Shown one piece after another: positions 28,091 through 37,881 of a DNA stretch of 64,000 bases. The notes under the pieces are model-generated. The model ran no database searches, was not told the origin of the DNA, and saw only the letters and a program-made list of their open reading frames with translations. The stretch is from a virus (lineage: Duplodnaviria; Caudoviricetes), in IMG/VR virus record IMGVR_UViG_3300009563_000549, positions 7,257 through 71,256 of that record. One strand, given 5' to 3'. The translations under genes and the position numbers were made by a program. The first letter of the stretch is position 1; each line of letters starts with the position of its first letter.

Positions 28091-28828
28091 CTAAGACAGC
28101 TTTACAACTCCGTATTTTATTTGGACTTCAGTAGTCCCTCCAGTTGTTGCTATTGCTCCATTTGAGCCAACACCAATAAAAAGAGACAATTGATCAGTTG
28201 TTGCAATGTTCCAAACTCCTCCATCCTGCCTGTTTCCTATTTGAGCTAATACGTCTGAGGTTGCTGTAAATGCACATCCACCTTTTACTCTGTATGGCCC
28301 ACCGCCAAATACACAGCTCCCATTCCCAGAAACCATAGACGCAACAGTTGCAAGTGACGATAAATTTGAAGCCCAACCCCCTACGCCTATTGTTCCTGTT
28401 GAAGTTACAGCGCAATAAATACCGCTTCCTCTTAAATTTCCAAGAACTGTGCTTGTTGGGTTTTGCACAACACCTGTGCAATAAAGATAAGATCTAGTTA
28501 AATCTGGAGAAAAATTTGTGTATCTAACCAATAAATGAAATGCATCACCAGCCAAAACAGGACTGCCATCTGAGTATGTTAGTGGAGTTGTCCATTTTGG
28601 TCCTGTGAAATTAGCAGATGTTATGAAGCTATAGGTTTCATTTCCAACAGCTATTGTATTTGTTTCAAATGTATGAATGTCAGTGCTTTCATTGTACGAA
28701 TACGCAGACAAAATACCCGCTGTGTCAGTAAATGTGTAAGAAGCACCATTCAGATTACCAGGCGTCCTCATTTCAGTTTGAGGTAAGATCGTTATAGTGT
28801 CATTTGTTCTTACTAATTTTGATGTCAT
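28091..28828 (-). CDS. Probable virion structural/tail protein
   Basis: Thr/Gly/Ser-rich beta protein coupled by ATGA to the upstream tail-like gene. Confidence 0.55.
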   Translation of the reverse strand: MTSKLVRTNDTITILPQTEMRTPGNLNGASYTFTDTAGILSAYSYNESTDIHTFETNTIAVGNETYSFITSANFTGPKWTTPLTYSDGSPVLAGDAFHLLVRYTNFSPDLTRSYLYCTGVVQNPTSTVLGNLRGSGIYCAVTSTGTIGVGGWASNLSSLATVASMVSGNGSCVFGGGPYRVKGGCAFTATSDVLAQIGNRQDGGVWNIATTDQLSLFIGVGSNGAIATTGGTTEVQIKYGVVKLS

Positions 28829-30687
28829 ACGTAACTCATAATGTACCAGTTGTATGAAGAACCGCTCAAACCAGCAATCAAAGATACCGACCCTGAAACG
28901 GTGCCAAGCTTTAGCTCGGTTGCTCCATCAATCTTATTAGGCAAAGATGCCGTGATCACGAAAGGGTTTGTTGCGCAATTACCTCCAACATCTTTCACAA
29001 AGTATGTTCTCCCAATGTACTCACCTGCAATAACGGGCAGCGTTCCTGTGTAAGAAGAAAGAGTAGTATCTACTCCAATGAAAGACTGTGAGGTAAAGTT
29101 AAAGTTTGAAAAATCATTCGAGAAATTTTGACTAAGACTACCAGAGTTAAAAATTCCTCCATTTGCTTGAAGACGCCCAGAAAATTTTGACGTGCTATTC
29201 ACAAGAAGGTTTGATCCGGTAATCCCTCCGGTGACCGTTAAAGAGGGAGTCGTTTTATTGAAAACAAAATTTGAGCTTCCCCCAAACACTCCTCCGTCGT
29301 TAAACTGAACTTGCGTGTCTGAGCCTCCTGGACTTGTTGTCCCTCCTCCGCCTCCGCCTCCGCCTCCGACACCGGCACCTCTAAAAAGATTTGCTTGAGT
29401 AATTTTCGCATTAGTTGTGTTTGTTAAATCAGTTTCGTTTCCTTTAACCGTTACAACTCCAACAAATACCGCTGCGTTCGCAGTGTTTGCACCTTCTTGA
29501 AAGTTTTCGGTTGAAATACCTCCAATAGCGTCATCAAATGTTGCGAATTTTTGTGTTCCATAATAAACGAAGAGTGCTCTATTCACCGAGTTAGGAAACC
29601 AATAGACTCTTTGATTTGTCCAGTCATTGTTTCCGACGGCCCCGAGTGTTCCTCCATTGTTGTATTGAGATGGATCAATAACACTGTAGCCAGTGCCGCC
29701 GTTATTCAAAATTACGGGGTCACCATTTGCGTCAGTGTATTCCCTGAATATCTTTGAATTAACAAGCTCAGGGTCTGACGATGCAAGAACCAGATTTGGA
29801 GAGTTTGGATTTACAGTATAGTTTCTTCCCTCTGCATAAGAATCGCCAGCAGTTTTTATTAGACCTAATGTTCCTGCGCCACCTGAACTTGAAGCTGCCA
29901 AAACATGTCCGCTTATCTTTAAAGGCCCAAAAGCTCTTTGAAAAGTTAGACTGTTCTCCCCAAGACCGTAGGATATTGCAGGGCTAGTAATCGACCCATT
30001 TGTAACAGAGCTTGCTTGATGAAGAATTCTTCCTAATGAAATATTTGATTCTTTTTGAGAAACTGTAAGTGGGTTAGGAGTTTGGTTTATCACACCAGAA
30101 GAATCAACGTAAATATACGTGATTTGATTGGTAGAAACATAATCAAGCGAACGACTTACAACATTTTGCCAACCAACTCTTTTAATTGTTGGAAATGGTT
30201 CTTCTCCAAGAGAAGCATTTTGTGCAACAATTATTCCTGAACCTGACAGGACAGAAAAAGTTGTTGTTCCATTTTGAGTAGAAAGAGTTCCGCCATTTAA
30301 AAGACCTGTTGTGAGTATTGATTCAAGCCAACGAAGACGTGTTGTGTTTGTATAATCACCATTGTATTGAGTAAAATACAAGTCATTGTCAGACCCTGAC
30401 GTGTAAATGTAGCTCGATGTTGTGTTTGCTGGTATCCTAAGACTGCCAACAGGTTTCAATTGAAGATACGAGTCAGTTCCGATAGCTCCTGATACAAAAG
30501 TATCTCCGCCAAAAAGAGAACTTGGAGAATCAGACCCTATATCAGTCTTTGTACCAGAAACAAAAAATTTAACGCCTGCCTGCAGTGATGGAAATCGACT
30601 AAGTGGCTCATCTGCAATGATGAGAGAGCCAGAAATAGCAGTTGTTGAAGTTCCATTACTTCCAGAAATTGTCCCTACAAGAGCCAC
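28825..30687 (-). CDS. Tail fibre/virion structural protein
   Basis: 620 aa S/T/G/N-rich; poly-Gly linker then PGGSDTQVQFNDGGVFGG; GTG start, ATACTTA motif at 30706-30712. Confidence 0.65.
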   Translation of the reverse strand: MALVGTISGSNGTSTTAISGSLIIADEPLSRFPSLQAGVKFFVSGTKTDIGSDSPSSLFGGDTFVSGAIGTDSYLQLKPVGSLRIPANTTSSYIYTSGSDNDLYFTQYNGDYTNTTRLRWLESILTTGLLNGGTLSTQNGTTTFSVLSGSGIIVAQNASLGEEPFPTIKRVGWQNVVSRSLDYVSTNQITYIYVDSSGVINQTPNPLTVSQKESNISLGRILHQASSVTNGSITSPAISYGLGENSLTFQRAFGPLKISGHVLAASSSGGAGTLGLIKTAGDSYAEGRNYTVNPNSPNLVLASSDPELVNSKIFREYTDANGDPVILNNGGTGYSVIDPSQYNNGGTLGAVGNNDWTNQRVYWFPNSVNRALFVYYGTQKFATFDDAIGGISTENFQEGANTANAAVFVGVVTVKGNETDLTNTTNAKITQANLFRGAGVGGGGGGGGGTTSPGGSDTQVQFNDGGVFGGSSNFVFNKTTPSLTVTGGITGSNLLVNSTSKFSGRLQANGGIFNSGSLSQNFSNDFSNFNFTSQSFIGVDTTLSSYTGTLPVIAGEYIGRTYFVKDVGGNCATNPFVITASLPNKIDGATELKLGTVSGSVSLIAGLSGSSYNWYIMSYV

Positions 30688-30716
30688 AACTTCACCTCTT
30701 GTAGGTAAGTATCTTT

Positions 30717-31358
30717 CTAAAGAAGAAACAGCATCTTATTTTTGATTTCAGAAGAAATTTCAAAATCATCAAGATTTAGTTCATAATCTTTCAAAGCTTT
30801 AATTGAAGACTTTGAGATTCGTTCGACAGGATCAACAAATTTAACACCGCAAAGACGAAAGAAATCTTCTTCTTCACGAACAATGATTGTACGACCATCA
30901 GGAAGCGTAGGGTAACCATTAGTCATTTTCCCGCCGCCGCTAACCTTCTTCCAGCGAGAGAACATTCCGGGAATAAACCCTCTCATAGGATTCCCGTCAG
31001 GACCGACACCTGAACCTGTCCTCATTGCAAAAAGAACGCCCCAATTTTCCGGAGATGTGATGAAAAGATCCAGCTTCACCCCTTCCTTTAGCATCATTCT
31101 CAGGTATCGGGCACCTTCCTTTGGAGGCCACGGAATGACGTCAGGACAGCCGGGTTTGATAAATTCGCCCCATTGTTCAAGTGACGAAAAAAGACTTTGC
31201 CAATCGCTTACCTGAGCAACAATTTCTACATCTTTGACATTTTCTTTTCGACGTCGAATAGAGCCTGCAACCTCTGCGCGCAAGCAATGAGGACGAATCG
31301 ATTCAACGATAAGAGTTGAAAGAGTAACAGCAGAATCAATGTCCATTAAAGCCTCCAA
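30717..31358 (-). CDS. polX: Minimal X-family DNA polymerase (catalytic and thumb domains)
   Basis: VAGSIRRRKENVKDVEIV, KLDLF, RTGS, EEDFFRLCGVKFVDPVER. Confidence 0.85.
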   Translation of the reverse strand: MEALMDIDSAVTLSTLIVESIRPHCLRAEVAGSIRRRKENVKDVEIVAQVSDWQSLFSSLEQWGEFIKPGCPDVIPWPPKEGARYLRMMLKEGVKLDLFITSPENWGVLFAMRTGSGVGPDGNPMRGFIPGMFSRWKKVSGGGKMTNGYPTLPDGRTIIVREEEDFFRLCGVKFVDPVERISKSSIKALKDYELNLDDFEISSEIKNKMLFLL

Positions 31359-31405
31359 AGACCTTTTAATTCAAACCCAGAAAAAGAAAATGATTTTCTA
31401 AGGAT

Positions 31406-32068
31406 TTAGGCAACTTTCACAGCCATCAAGAAACTATTTTTAAAGTACACTTGATTTTGCTCTTTGCACTTAACGTAAGCAAGAAGAGATTCTGGACTTG
31501 AACCCATCCAGTAAACAATAAGGTTGTCGTCGTTTTTGCAAATTTTGATGTTCAAACCGGGGTGAGATTTCCAAACGTCAATGCACGAACACAACGCGCT
31601 TCTGAGGTAGTTTGATGCGTAGGTGTTTTTTTGACAAGTGATTAGTGCAATAATTCGACCAGATTGGTACGTAAACATTTCTTTTTGCCGATTAGCAAGC
31701 TCTCTGTTTACACGCTGAAGCTCTTCCCTTCCGTCATTGGTTGCGATGTATCTCTCAAGCTCAGTCTTACGATAAGTAAGGTTATCCACTTGGCAGGTCA
31801 AAGCCTGGATACTTTTCAATTTTTCTTGCTCTGCAATCTTCGCTTCTTCAATTTTTCTATGAAAATGAGCAAGTTCTTCATTTACCTTTGACACTGAATT
31901 GAGAGCAATCTCTTCTCGTCGAGCAATACTGTTTTCGGCCTTTGCACGATTCAAATCTATGTTTTTGAGAATCTGCTTACTACGATGATTTTGCCCAAAA
32001 CTGTAAGTGATCAAAAGAAGCGACAAGGCGGAGTACAAATAAAAAGCTGCAGATTCAAAAAAGACCAT
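31406..32068 (-). CDS. Membrane-anchored coiled-coil protein
   Basis: N-terminal TM helix followed by heptad-rich region. Confidence 0.6.
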   Translation of the reverse strand: MVFFESAAFYLYSALSLLLITYSFGQNHRSKQILKNIDLNRAKAENSIARREEIALNSVSKVNEELAHFHRKIEEAKIAEQEKLKSIQALTCQVDNLTYRKTELERYIATNDGREELQRVNRELANRQKEMFTYQSGRIIALITCQKNTYASNYLRSALCSCIDVWKSHPGLNIKICKNDDNLIVYWMGSSPESLLAYVKCKEQNQVYFKNSFLMAVKVA

Positions 32069-32295
32069 GTGGGTGTCTCCTTTAGAGCCATTTACATGAA
32101 TCTATTAATTTCTTTTTAGCTATTTGAAAAGGTAGTTTTACAACAAAATCGTAAAAAATAGCGCCACTCTCATCCGATAATCGCGTCAACCTGGTGAAAC
32201 AAAGCACATTGGAAGGGGTTGCGATGCAGCGATGGAGTGGCGCCACTTCTATGTATGAAGCTCATTGTGAGTATTCATACGTTTTTGAAAATACT

Positions 32296-32670
32296 TTATT
32301 GTTGACTATTCTTGTGAATGTGCTCACAAACAAGAGCAAGAATTTCTAAAGCAACAAGTTTGTCTGAGTCATTTGAGTGAATGTCTGTTCGTCTTTTAGC
32401 AAAGAAGTTGATGTCATCTCGAAATGAACAAAGAGAAGCGCCTTCGTTGGTCAATGACCAGTTTTCTGCTCCTGAAATTCCTGCTTCAACAGCAATTCTA
32501 CTTGCTTCACGAAGAATTTTCGTAGGATTGTATGGAACAAGCCTGTGAATCACATACTCAAGCTCACTTCCTTTTACAAGAGGTTGTACGTTTTCTTTGA
32601 TTCCGTTTTTGTGAAAGAAATCGATTCTGTTTAGGATTGAGAAGTAATCTTTTGATGACACTGGCTTCAT
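32296..32670 (-). CDS. Hypothetical protein
   Basis: ORF track. Confidence 0.55.
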   Translation of the reverse strand: MKPVSSKDYFSILNRIDFFHKNGIKENVQPLVKGSELEYVIHRLVPYNPTKILREASRIAVEAGISGAENWSLTNEGASLCSFRDDINFFAKRRTDIHSNDSDKLVALEILALVCEHIHKNSQQ

Positions 32671-32906
32671 TTTTTGTCACTTTTGTTTAGAGATTTTGAG
32701 CGTTCATTCTTGATTTGTCTATCAAGATACCATCTTGCTTTTTCAAGATCTTCAAGAATTTTTTCTGGATTCTTTTTGCCTGCCCTGCTAATGTATTTTA
32801 CAACATTTCCAAGACAAAACCCAAGACCCCAAGCTTCAATAACATCGATTGCTTCATGTCCAGTGTCTTTTAGATAATGACTTGGATGATCCACTTGCTC
32901 TTTCAT
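32667..32906 (-). CDS. DUF3310 protein
   Basis: VDHPSHY...AIDVIE...FCLGNVVKYISRAGKK...EDLEKARWYL. Confidence 0.88.
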   Translation of the reverse strand: MKEQVDHPSHYLKDTGHEAIDVIEAWGLGFCLGNVVKYISRAGKKNPEKILEDLEKARWYLDRQIKNERSKSLNKSDKK

Positions 32907-33112
32907 TACTTCTCCACTTTAATTAGTTTTCGACTAAGAAACCACCCGCTTGAACCATCAACAGGAAAGCGAACGTATGATTGCTCTCCATCAATAGACG
33001 GAGAAGGTCTTACCTCCATAATGATCCCATACACCCCAGCAAGTGCAGGTTCTTTTCCTGCAAAATGCTTCAATGGAAGATAAACAAGATCACCAATTTT
33101 TAGCGAAGACAT
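32906..33112 (-). CDS. Small SH3/KOW-like protein
   Basis: LKIGDLVYL...YGIIMEV. Confidence 0.55.
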   Translation of the reverse strand: MSSLKIGDLVYLPLKHFAGKEPALAGVYGIIMEVRPSPSIDGEQSYVRFPVDGSSGWFLSRKLIKVEK

Positions 33113-34482
33113 TTTGCTACTTGCTCACGTAGCGTAACAAGATCGTTTTTGTAGAACTCTTTTGGAGTTGTTTTCTCAATTTGAGAGCGCTCTCGCTTCT
33201 TTTGTGAAAGTTTCTTTTGAAGTTCATTGTATTTTTCAAAGGTCAAAGACCAGATTGGCATTCCTAAAAGGAAATCATAACTACCATCCTGCTTTTGAAT
33301 ACCTTCATTTTCAATCGAGACAATAATTTCTGACTTTTTCTTGTTTGCTACCTCAATTCTTCCTTGAATAACAGCATCTACAAATTTTGACTTTGCGTCA
33401 AGAATGTTGATTTCATTATCAAGCTCCGATAGAAGTCGCTGCTTTCGTTTTCCATAGTAGTCAAGTCTGAAATTTACGAAATACTTGACGATGCTCTCTG
33501 CACTTTCAAAAATTTTGAGGTTTCCGTTTTCATCGAGAGTTGTAAGATTTTCTCCCTCATTTTCACGCATCTTCAGAAGATCGCCGAGTTTGTCCTTCTT
33601 GAGGATGTCTGCGAGCGTTGCTCTCGGAAACTTCAAAATGTAACAAATTCTGTCAGATGAGTGATCGTCGTATGAAGACAAAACACCTTTTTCTACAAGA
33701 CTGTCAAGAAGCGCTTCATACTTCTCGTATGTAAAAGAAGGTGGAATCTCGTGAATTTCAACAGTCGAAGTATTCTTTACTTCCCACTTTCCTTTGAAAG
33801 ACCACGACTTAGTTGTTCCATCAACTTGATCAATGTCGCCGTAAAAGCCTCTGACCCAAGGACGAAGAAGACCTACGTCTCCTTCATCAAGCAAGGAAAT
33901 GCAAGCATCTACAAGGTCTAAAGGGTGCCTGTTAAGAATCTTTGTTGCAAATCCTACAGCAATCCCAGAACCACCGTTGAGCAAAACAGTGGGAATGATA
34001 GGCAAGAAAAAATGAGGCTCAATTTCTTCACCTTCTTCATACTTTGGAGTGGTTAGCTCAAAGTCTTTGTAAAGAAGCTTGAAGTTTTCGTTGAATTTGA
34101 CGCCAATGTATCGAGGCGCACCTGCAACAGGAGAGCGCAAAGAACCAAACTGACCGATTCCTTGGAAAATCGGCATTGAGTTTTTGAAATCTTGAGTCAT
34201 ACCAATAATGGTACTGTCAAGAGACCCATGATGAAAGAAAGAAATCGCAGCAGCTTGACCACCAAGCTGGAAAACCTTCATAGGCTTTTCATTGCCAGTT
34301 TTCCAAAGACGGTTTGCAGCATAAGCAATTTTTCTTTGAGACGGTTTAAAACCGTCAATCACTGAAGGGATTGCTCTTGACGAAATTGTGTAAAGAGCGT
34401 AGTCTCTGTATTCAGTGTCAAAGAAGTCTTCGACGCTACGAACAGGAATCTGGTTGCTATCCAAATTAGCCTCCTGATGCAT
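33100..34482 (-). CDS. DNA topoisomerase II, GyrA/gp52-like subunit
   Basis: RAIPSVIDGFKPSQRK, FHHG, AGAPRYI (catalytic Tyr), GIAVGFAT. Confidence 0.95.
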   Translation of the reverse strand: MHQEANLDSNQIPVRSVEDFFDTEYRDYALYTISSRAIPSVIDGFKPSQRKIAYAANRLWKTGNEKPMKVFQLGGQAAAISFFHHGSLDSTIIGMTQDFKNSMPIFQGIGQFGSLRSPVAGAPRYIGVKFNENFKLLYKDFELTTPKYEEGEEIEPHFFLPIIPTVLLNGGSGIAVGFATKILNRHPLDLVDACISLLDEGDVGLLRPWVRGFYGDIDQVDGTTKSWSFKGKWEVKNTSTVEIHEIPPSFTYEKYEALLDSLVEKGVLSSYDDHSSDRICYILKFPRATLADILKKDKLGDLLKMRENEGENLTTLDENGNLKIFESAESIVKYFVNFRLDYYGKRKQRLLSELDNEINILDAKSKFVDAVIQGRIEVANKKKSEIIVSIENEGIQKQDGSYDFLLGMPIWSLTFEKYNELQKKLSQKKRERSQIEKTTPKEFYKNDLVTLREQVAKCLR

Positions 34483-34512
34483 TATAATAACAAATTGACG
34501 TTATGAACACAA
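34482..34512 (-). promoter_or_regulatory. Sigma70-like early promoter of the topoisomerase gp52-like gene
   Basis: TGTTCA-17 nt-TATAAT. Confidence 0.65.
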
Positions 34513-34540
34513 CAAACAATCAAATTGTTAATTTGAAATG

Positions 34541-35719
34541 TTACGCAATTTTGCTTAGAAGGTGCGGAGGAATTTTTTTCTTGTTGTAACTGTAAGAAAC
34601 GTAAATTTTACCGCCAATCTCTGCGTCATCTGGTATGATGGTGGTGTGATCGTTTTGCATGTACAAGTTGCCGCGAACTTTAAGTCTTTGAGGAAGTGAC
34701 TCAAGATTTCTACAAGAGCTTACCATAAGATCTTGTCCCACTTTAAGACCGTCAGGTAGTTTTTTAATTTGCGTATGACGAAGATCCAGCAATCCTTGGA
34801 CTTCAAAATTTTGAGGAAGATTGATAATGCTTGAATAGGCTGCAAATAAGTCACCAAGAATCTTGGTTCCTGATGGAATTGACATCACATTTTGGTCTGT
34901 GATGTCAATACTAAAACGAACAATTCTTTTATCAGTGGGCAGATTTTCTAGACTTTTTAGAACCTTTACATCATTTGATGAATACTTTTCTTCTTCAAAT
35001 TCACCACCAGCAGACTTTCTAAGTGATGATGATGATGCAATTCTCTTTTTGTCAACAGGTGTCCAATCACTCCAAATTACTCTTTTTGCGCCTTCTCTTT
35101 GAGCAGTTTTCCAAGCAATGGGAATAGCTGTTGATGGGTCATAAACAACAACAACGTGACCGTCATTTTCTCCTGTGAAAACAAGACCTTTTACTTTTGA
35201 CTTAATAAAGTCACTTGCAAAAAGAGCTGCGTCGGAAGTAAAACCGCTTTCTTGCTTTTTTTCTTTTGCTTTTTCAAGCACATTTACAATGTTTTTGCCA
35301 AGACCAAGTTTTTTTGCTTGATCAACAGGAGAAAGATTCTCTTTGTAAACCTTACGAGCGATTGCTTCATCAAAAATGATGTAACCATTGAGGTTCACTT
35401 TAAGTTTTAGAATGTTTAAACCGTAGCTTCCTCTATGCGTAGGTGAATCTTTCCTTGAAAGAAGCTCATCATCGGAAGGGGAAAAATTAATTGATCCCCC
35501 GGGCAATTCAGCAGCTTTCTTTAGATCGTAAACGCAATAAAGACCTGGTCCATACAGCATTCCTGAACCTTTACCTGCTCTAAACGTGTCACTTAAAATC
35601 CAATTTGTGACCGAATCAGGATCTGATTTTGTTCCGTGATAGACGATTGCCTGAGCGCCAAAGACTTCTTCAAGAAGAAGTGCTTCGCGAATAAAAGAGC
35701 GTAGAAGTAAATTATTCAT
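34541..35719 (-). CDS. ADP-ribosyltransferase-like domain fused to C-terminal LRR-like repeats
   Basis: VYHGT...GMLYGPGLY (H-Y-type ART signature); C-terminal LPxxLxVxGxLxL repeats. Confidence 0.6.
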   Translation of the reverse strand: MNNLLLRSFIREALLLEEVFGAQAIVYHGTKSDPDSVTNWILSDTFRAGKGSGMLYGPGLYCVYDLKKAAELPGGSINFSPSDDELLSRKDSPTHRGSYGLNILKLKVNLNGYIIFDEAIARKVYKENLSPVDQAKKLGLGKNIVNVLEKAKEKKQESGFTSDAALFASDFIKSKVKGLVFTGENDGHVVVVYDPSTAIPIAWKTAQREGAKRVIWSDWTPVDKKRIASSSSLRKSAGGEFEEEKYSSNDVKVLKSLENLPTDKRIVRFSIDITDQNVMSIPSGTKILGDLFAAYSSIINLPQNFEVQGLLDLRHTQIKKLPDGLKVGQDLMVSSCRNLESLPQRLKVRGNLYMQNDHTTIIPDDAEIGGKIYVSYSYNKKKIPPHLLSKIA

Positions 35720-35733
35720 ACAGCTATTTATTC

Positions 35734-37584
35734 TTAGTCCTGCTCAGAATTTTCTGCTGTTTGCATAATTTTCACCTTTCGAGGAGCAGAGTCATGAGCA
35801 AACCAAGTCTCCAATGTCTGACGAAGACCATCACCACCAGAAATCGAAAACATTTTTGGGCTTTTGATAATGTCTTGGTAGTCCTGATCTTCAAGAGCTG
35901 CGAGACCCTTTTTGTACCCTACGTCCCACTTTTTGATGTCTTTTGTTGAAGAGAGCCAAGCTTCAAATTCTTCGTTTGTGTAGAAAGCAATTCTTTCGCC
36001 ACCCTTTTGCGCAACAACAAGCGGAGTCATCACTCTGCAAATTCGACCTTGCTCAAAAAGCTCAGGCCAGTATTTCCCAAAGAAGTTGATAAGAAGTCCT
36101 GCAATGCTATCACCGTCCGGGTCTGCGTCCGAATAGATGAGAATCTTACCATAACGAAGGTCTTTTGGTTCCTCACCCATTTTTAGACCAATCGCAATAA
36201 GAAGATCTTTTACTTCCTGGTTTTGGATAACTCGCGTGTTTGCAAGCTCCATTACGTTGATGAACTTTCCGCGTAGAGGAAATGCTCCTTGGAAAGTAGG
36301 GTCACGAAACTTTCTGAATGCAGAAGATGCAGAATCTCCCTCGAAAAGACTCAAAGTGCAAACATCACGGTCTCGACCCTTTGCATCAATTAGCTTGAGG
36401 ACCTTTCCCTTCGCGACATTTTTGTTGAGCTCTCGAAGCTGCTTACGTTCATCAGCAAGCGCCTTTTGCTGAGCCCAGTCAAGAATTCGCTGAACGACTT
36501 CTGACGCAAGGACAGCTTTCAAAGTCTTTTCACTAAACTCAAACTTTGAGCCAAACTCTCGAGAGTCAGTGATAAGCTTCTCTTTTGTTTGAGAAGAGAA
36601 TGCAGGATTGACAATGTCAGACTGAACCATCACAAAGAAATGGTTCTTTAGCTCAGAAGGACGAAGATCAATTTTGTGCTTCTTTCGAATCTTTTCACGA
36701 ATCCATTCAACTACCTGACTCGTGACATGATCAACATGAGTTCCACCGTCGCGAGTCTCTACCGAATTGACAAATGAAATTTGCGAAAATGAACCTTCCG
36801 AAGCAGAGACAGCAACCTTCCAGCGATCACTTTCTTCATAAGCAAAAGAGTCTGAATAAAGGGAGCAGTAGTCTTTGAAGGTTGGAAACTTGTAGATTTC
36901 GTTGTTGAAAGTGATAGTGAGCTTAGGATTACATGCTGCAAGATCAACGCAACGCTTACGCATCATTTCAATGTGATGAGAATCAATTTCAGTCATTTCG
37001 AACCGTTCGAGATCTGGCTCAAACTGAATCTCAGTAAACCCGTGCTTCCACTTTACAATTTTAGCTTCTGACCTGTCTCGCATGTTGTTAGTGAAAGTTT
37101 GCTGAAATGCATTCTTTTTATCACCAGTTCTAATACGAAACCGCTTTGAAAAGATGTTGGTCAAAGTTGAACCGACACCGTTCGTACCAGCAACAAGTCG
37201 CTCTTCTTCATCATTGAAGTTTGAGCCCGACTTTAGATTGCTGAAAATCATTTCAGGAATCCATTCATCATACTCAGCATGTTTAACAACTGGAATTCCA
37301 CCGTTGTCGTGAATTGTAATTGTCCCAGAAGCAGGATCAACGGTTACTTTGATCTCGTTCAATTTTGGATTGCGTCGATGTTCATCAACAGAGTTTGACA
37401 CAATCTCGTCAAAGATTTTGAGAAATGCAGGGTTGTAAGTAACAGGAAGCTTCTTCAGCTTACCTTCATGAAGAAGAAACACATCCTCATCACGAGTTTT
37501 TGTCGAACCGACATACATACCCGGCCTAAGCAAGACATGCTCAATGTCAGTAAGTTTTCTGTATTTCTCTTCAACCGACTTCAT
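35734..37584 (-). CDS. DNA topoisomerase II, GyrB/gp39+60-like subunit
   Basis: HVLLRPGMYVG, EIVSNSVDE, DNGGIP, GTNGVG, FEGDSA, PLRGK, DADPDG, YKKGL. Confidence 0.96.
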   Translation of the reverse strand: MKSVEEKYRKLTDIEHVLLRPGMYVGSTKTRDEDVFLLHEGKLKKLPVTYNPAFLKIFDEIVSNSVDEHRRNPKLNEIKVTVDPASGTITIHDNGGIPVVKHAEYDEWIPEMIFSNLKSGSNFNDEEERLVAGTNGVGSTLTNIFSKRFRIRTGDKKNAFQQTFTNNMRDRSEAKIVKWKHGFTEIQFEPDLERFEMTEIDSHHIEMMRKRCVDLAACNPKLTITFNNEIYKFPTFKDYCSLYSDSFAYEESDRWKVAVSASEGSFSQISFVNSVETRDGGTHVDHVTSQVVEWIREKIRKKHKIDLRPSELKNHFFVMVQSDIVNPAFSSQTKEKLITDSREFGSKFEFSEKTLKAVLASEVVQRILDWAQQKALADERKQLRELNKNVAKGKVLKLIDAKGRDRDVCTLSLFEGDSASSAFRKFRDPTFQGAFPLRGKFINVMELANTRVIQNQEVKDLLIAIGLKMGEEPKDLRYGKILIYSDADPDGDSIAGLLINFFGKYWPELFEQGRICRVMTPLVVAQKGGERIAFYTNEEFEAWLSSTKDIKKWDVGYKKGLAALEDQDYQDIIKSPKMFSISGGDGLRQTLETWFAHDSAPRKVKIMQTAENSEQD

Positions 37585-37881
37585 TTTTACCTCACAAAAC
37601 CATTTAATTCCAATTAGAAAAATTGGACACATCTAATAGAGAATTTCTTTTAGATGTAAGTTAGTTGAATTGACTAATTGAGAATTAAATTAGAGAATTA
37701 AATTAGAATGTTCAAGTTTTTGTATCACCATCTCAAGTTAAGTAAAGGATCTGTCTAAGGTAGAGGCTTGTCATACTCTCTGATAACACCAGATAGACTC
37801 AGATTTACCCTGAGTTGTTGTATGATGGAATACCTTACAGGTTAAGAGAGGGTCACCAGTGTTATCCAGTGACCCTCAGGG

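Noticed and set aside
25874-37584. Introns or inteins in ligase and topoisomerase genes
   Set aside because: ORFs are continuous and of normal length, with no intein motifs.
37680-37707. Tandem GAGAATTAAATTA repeat
   Set aside because: Only two copies in AT-rich promoter DNA; too weak to call an operator or iteron.
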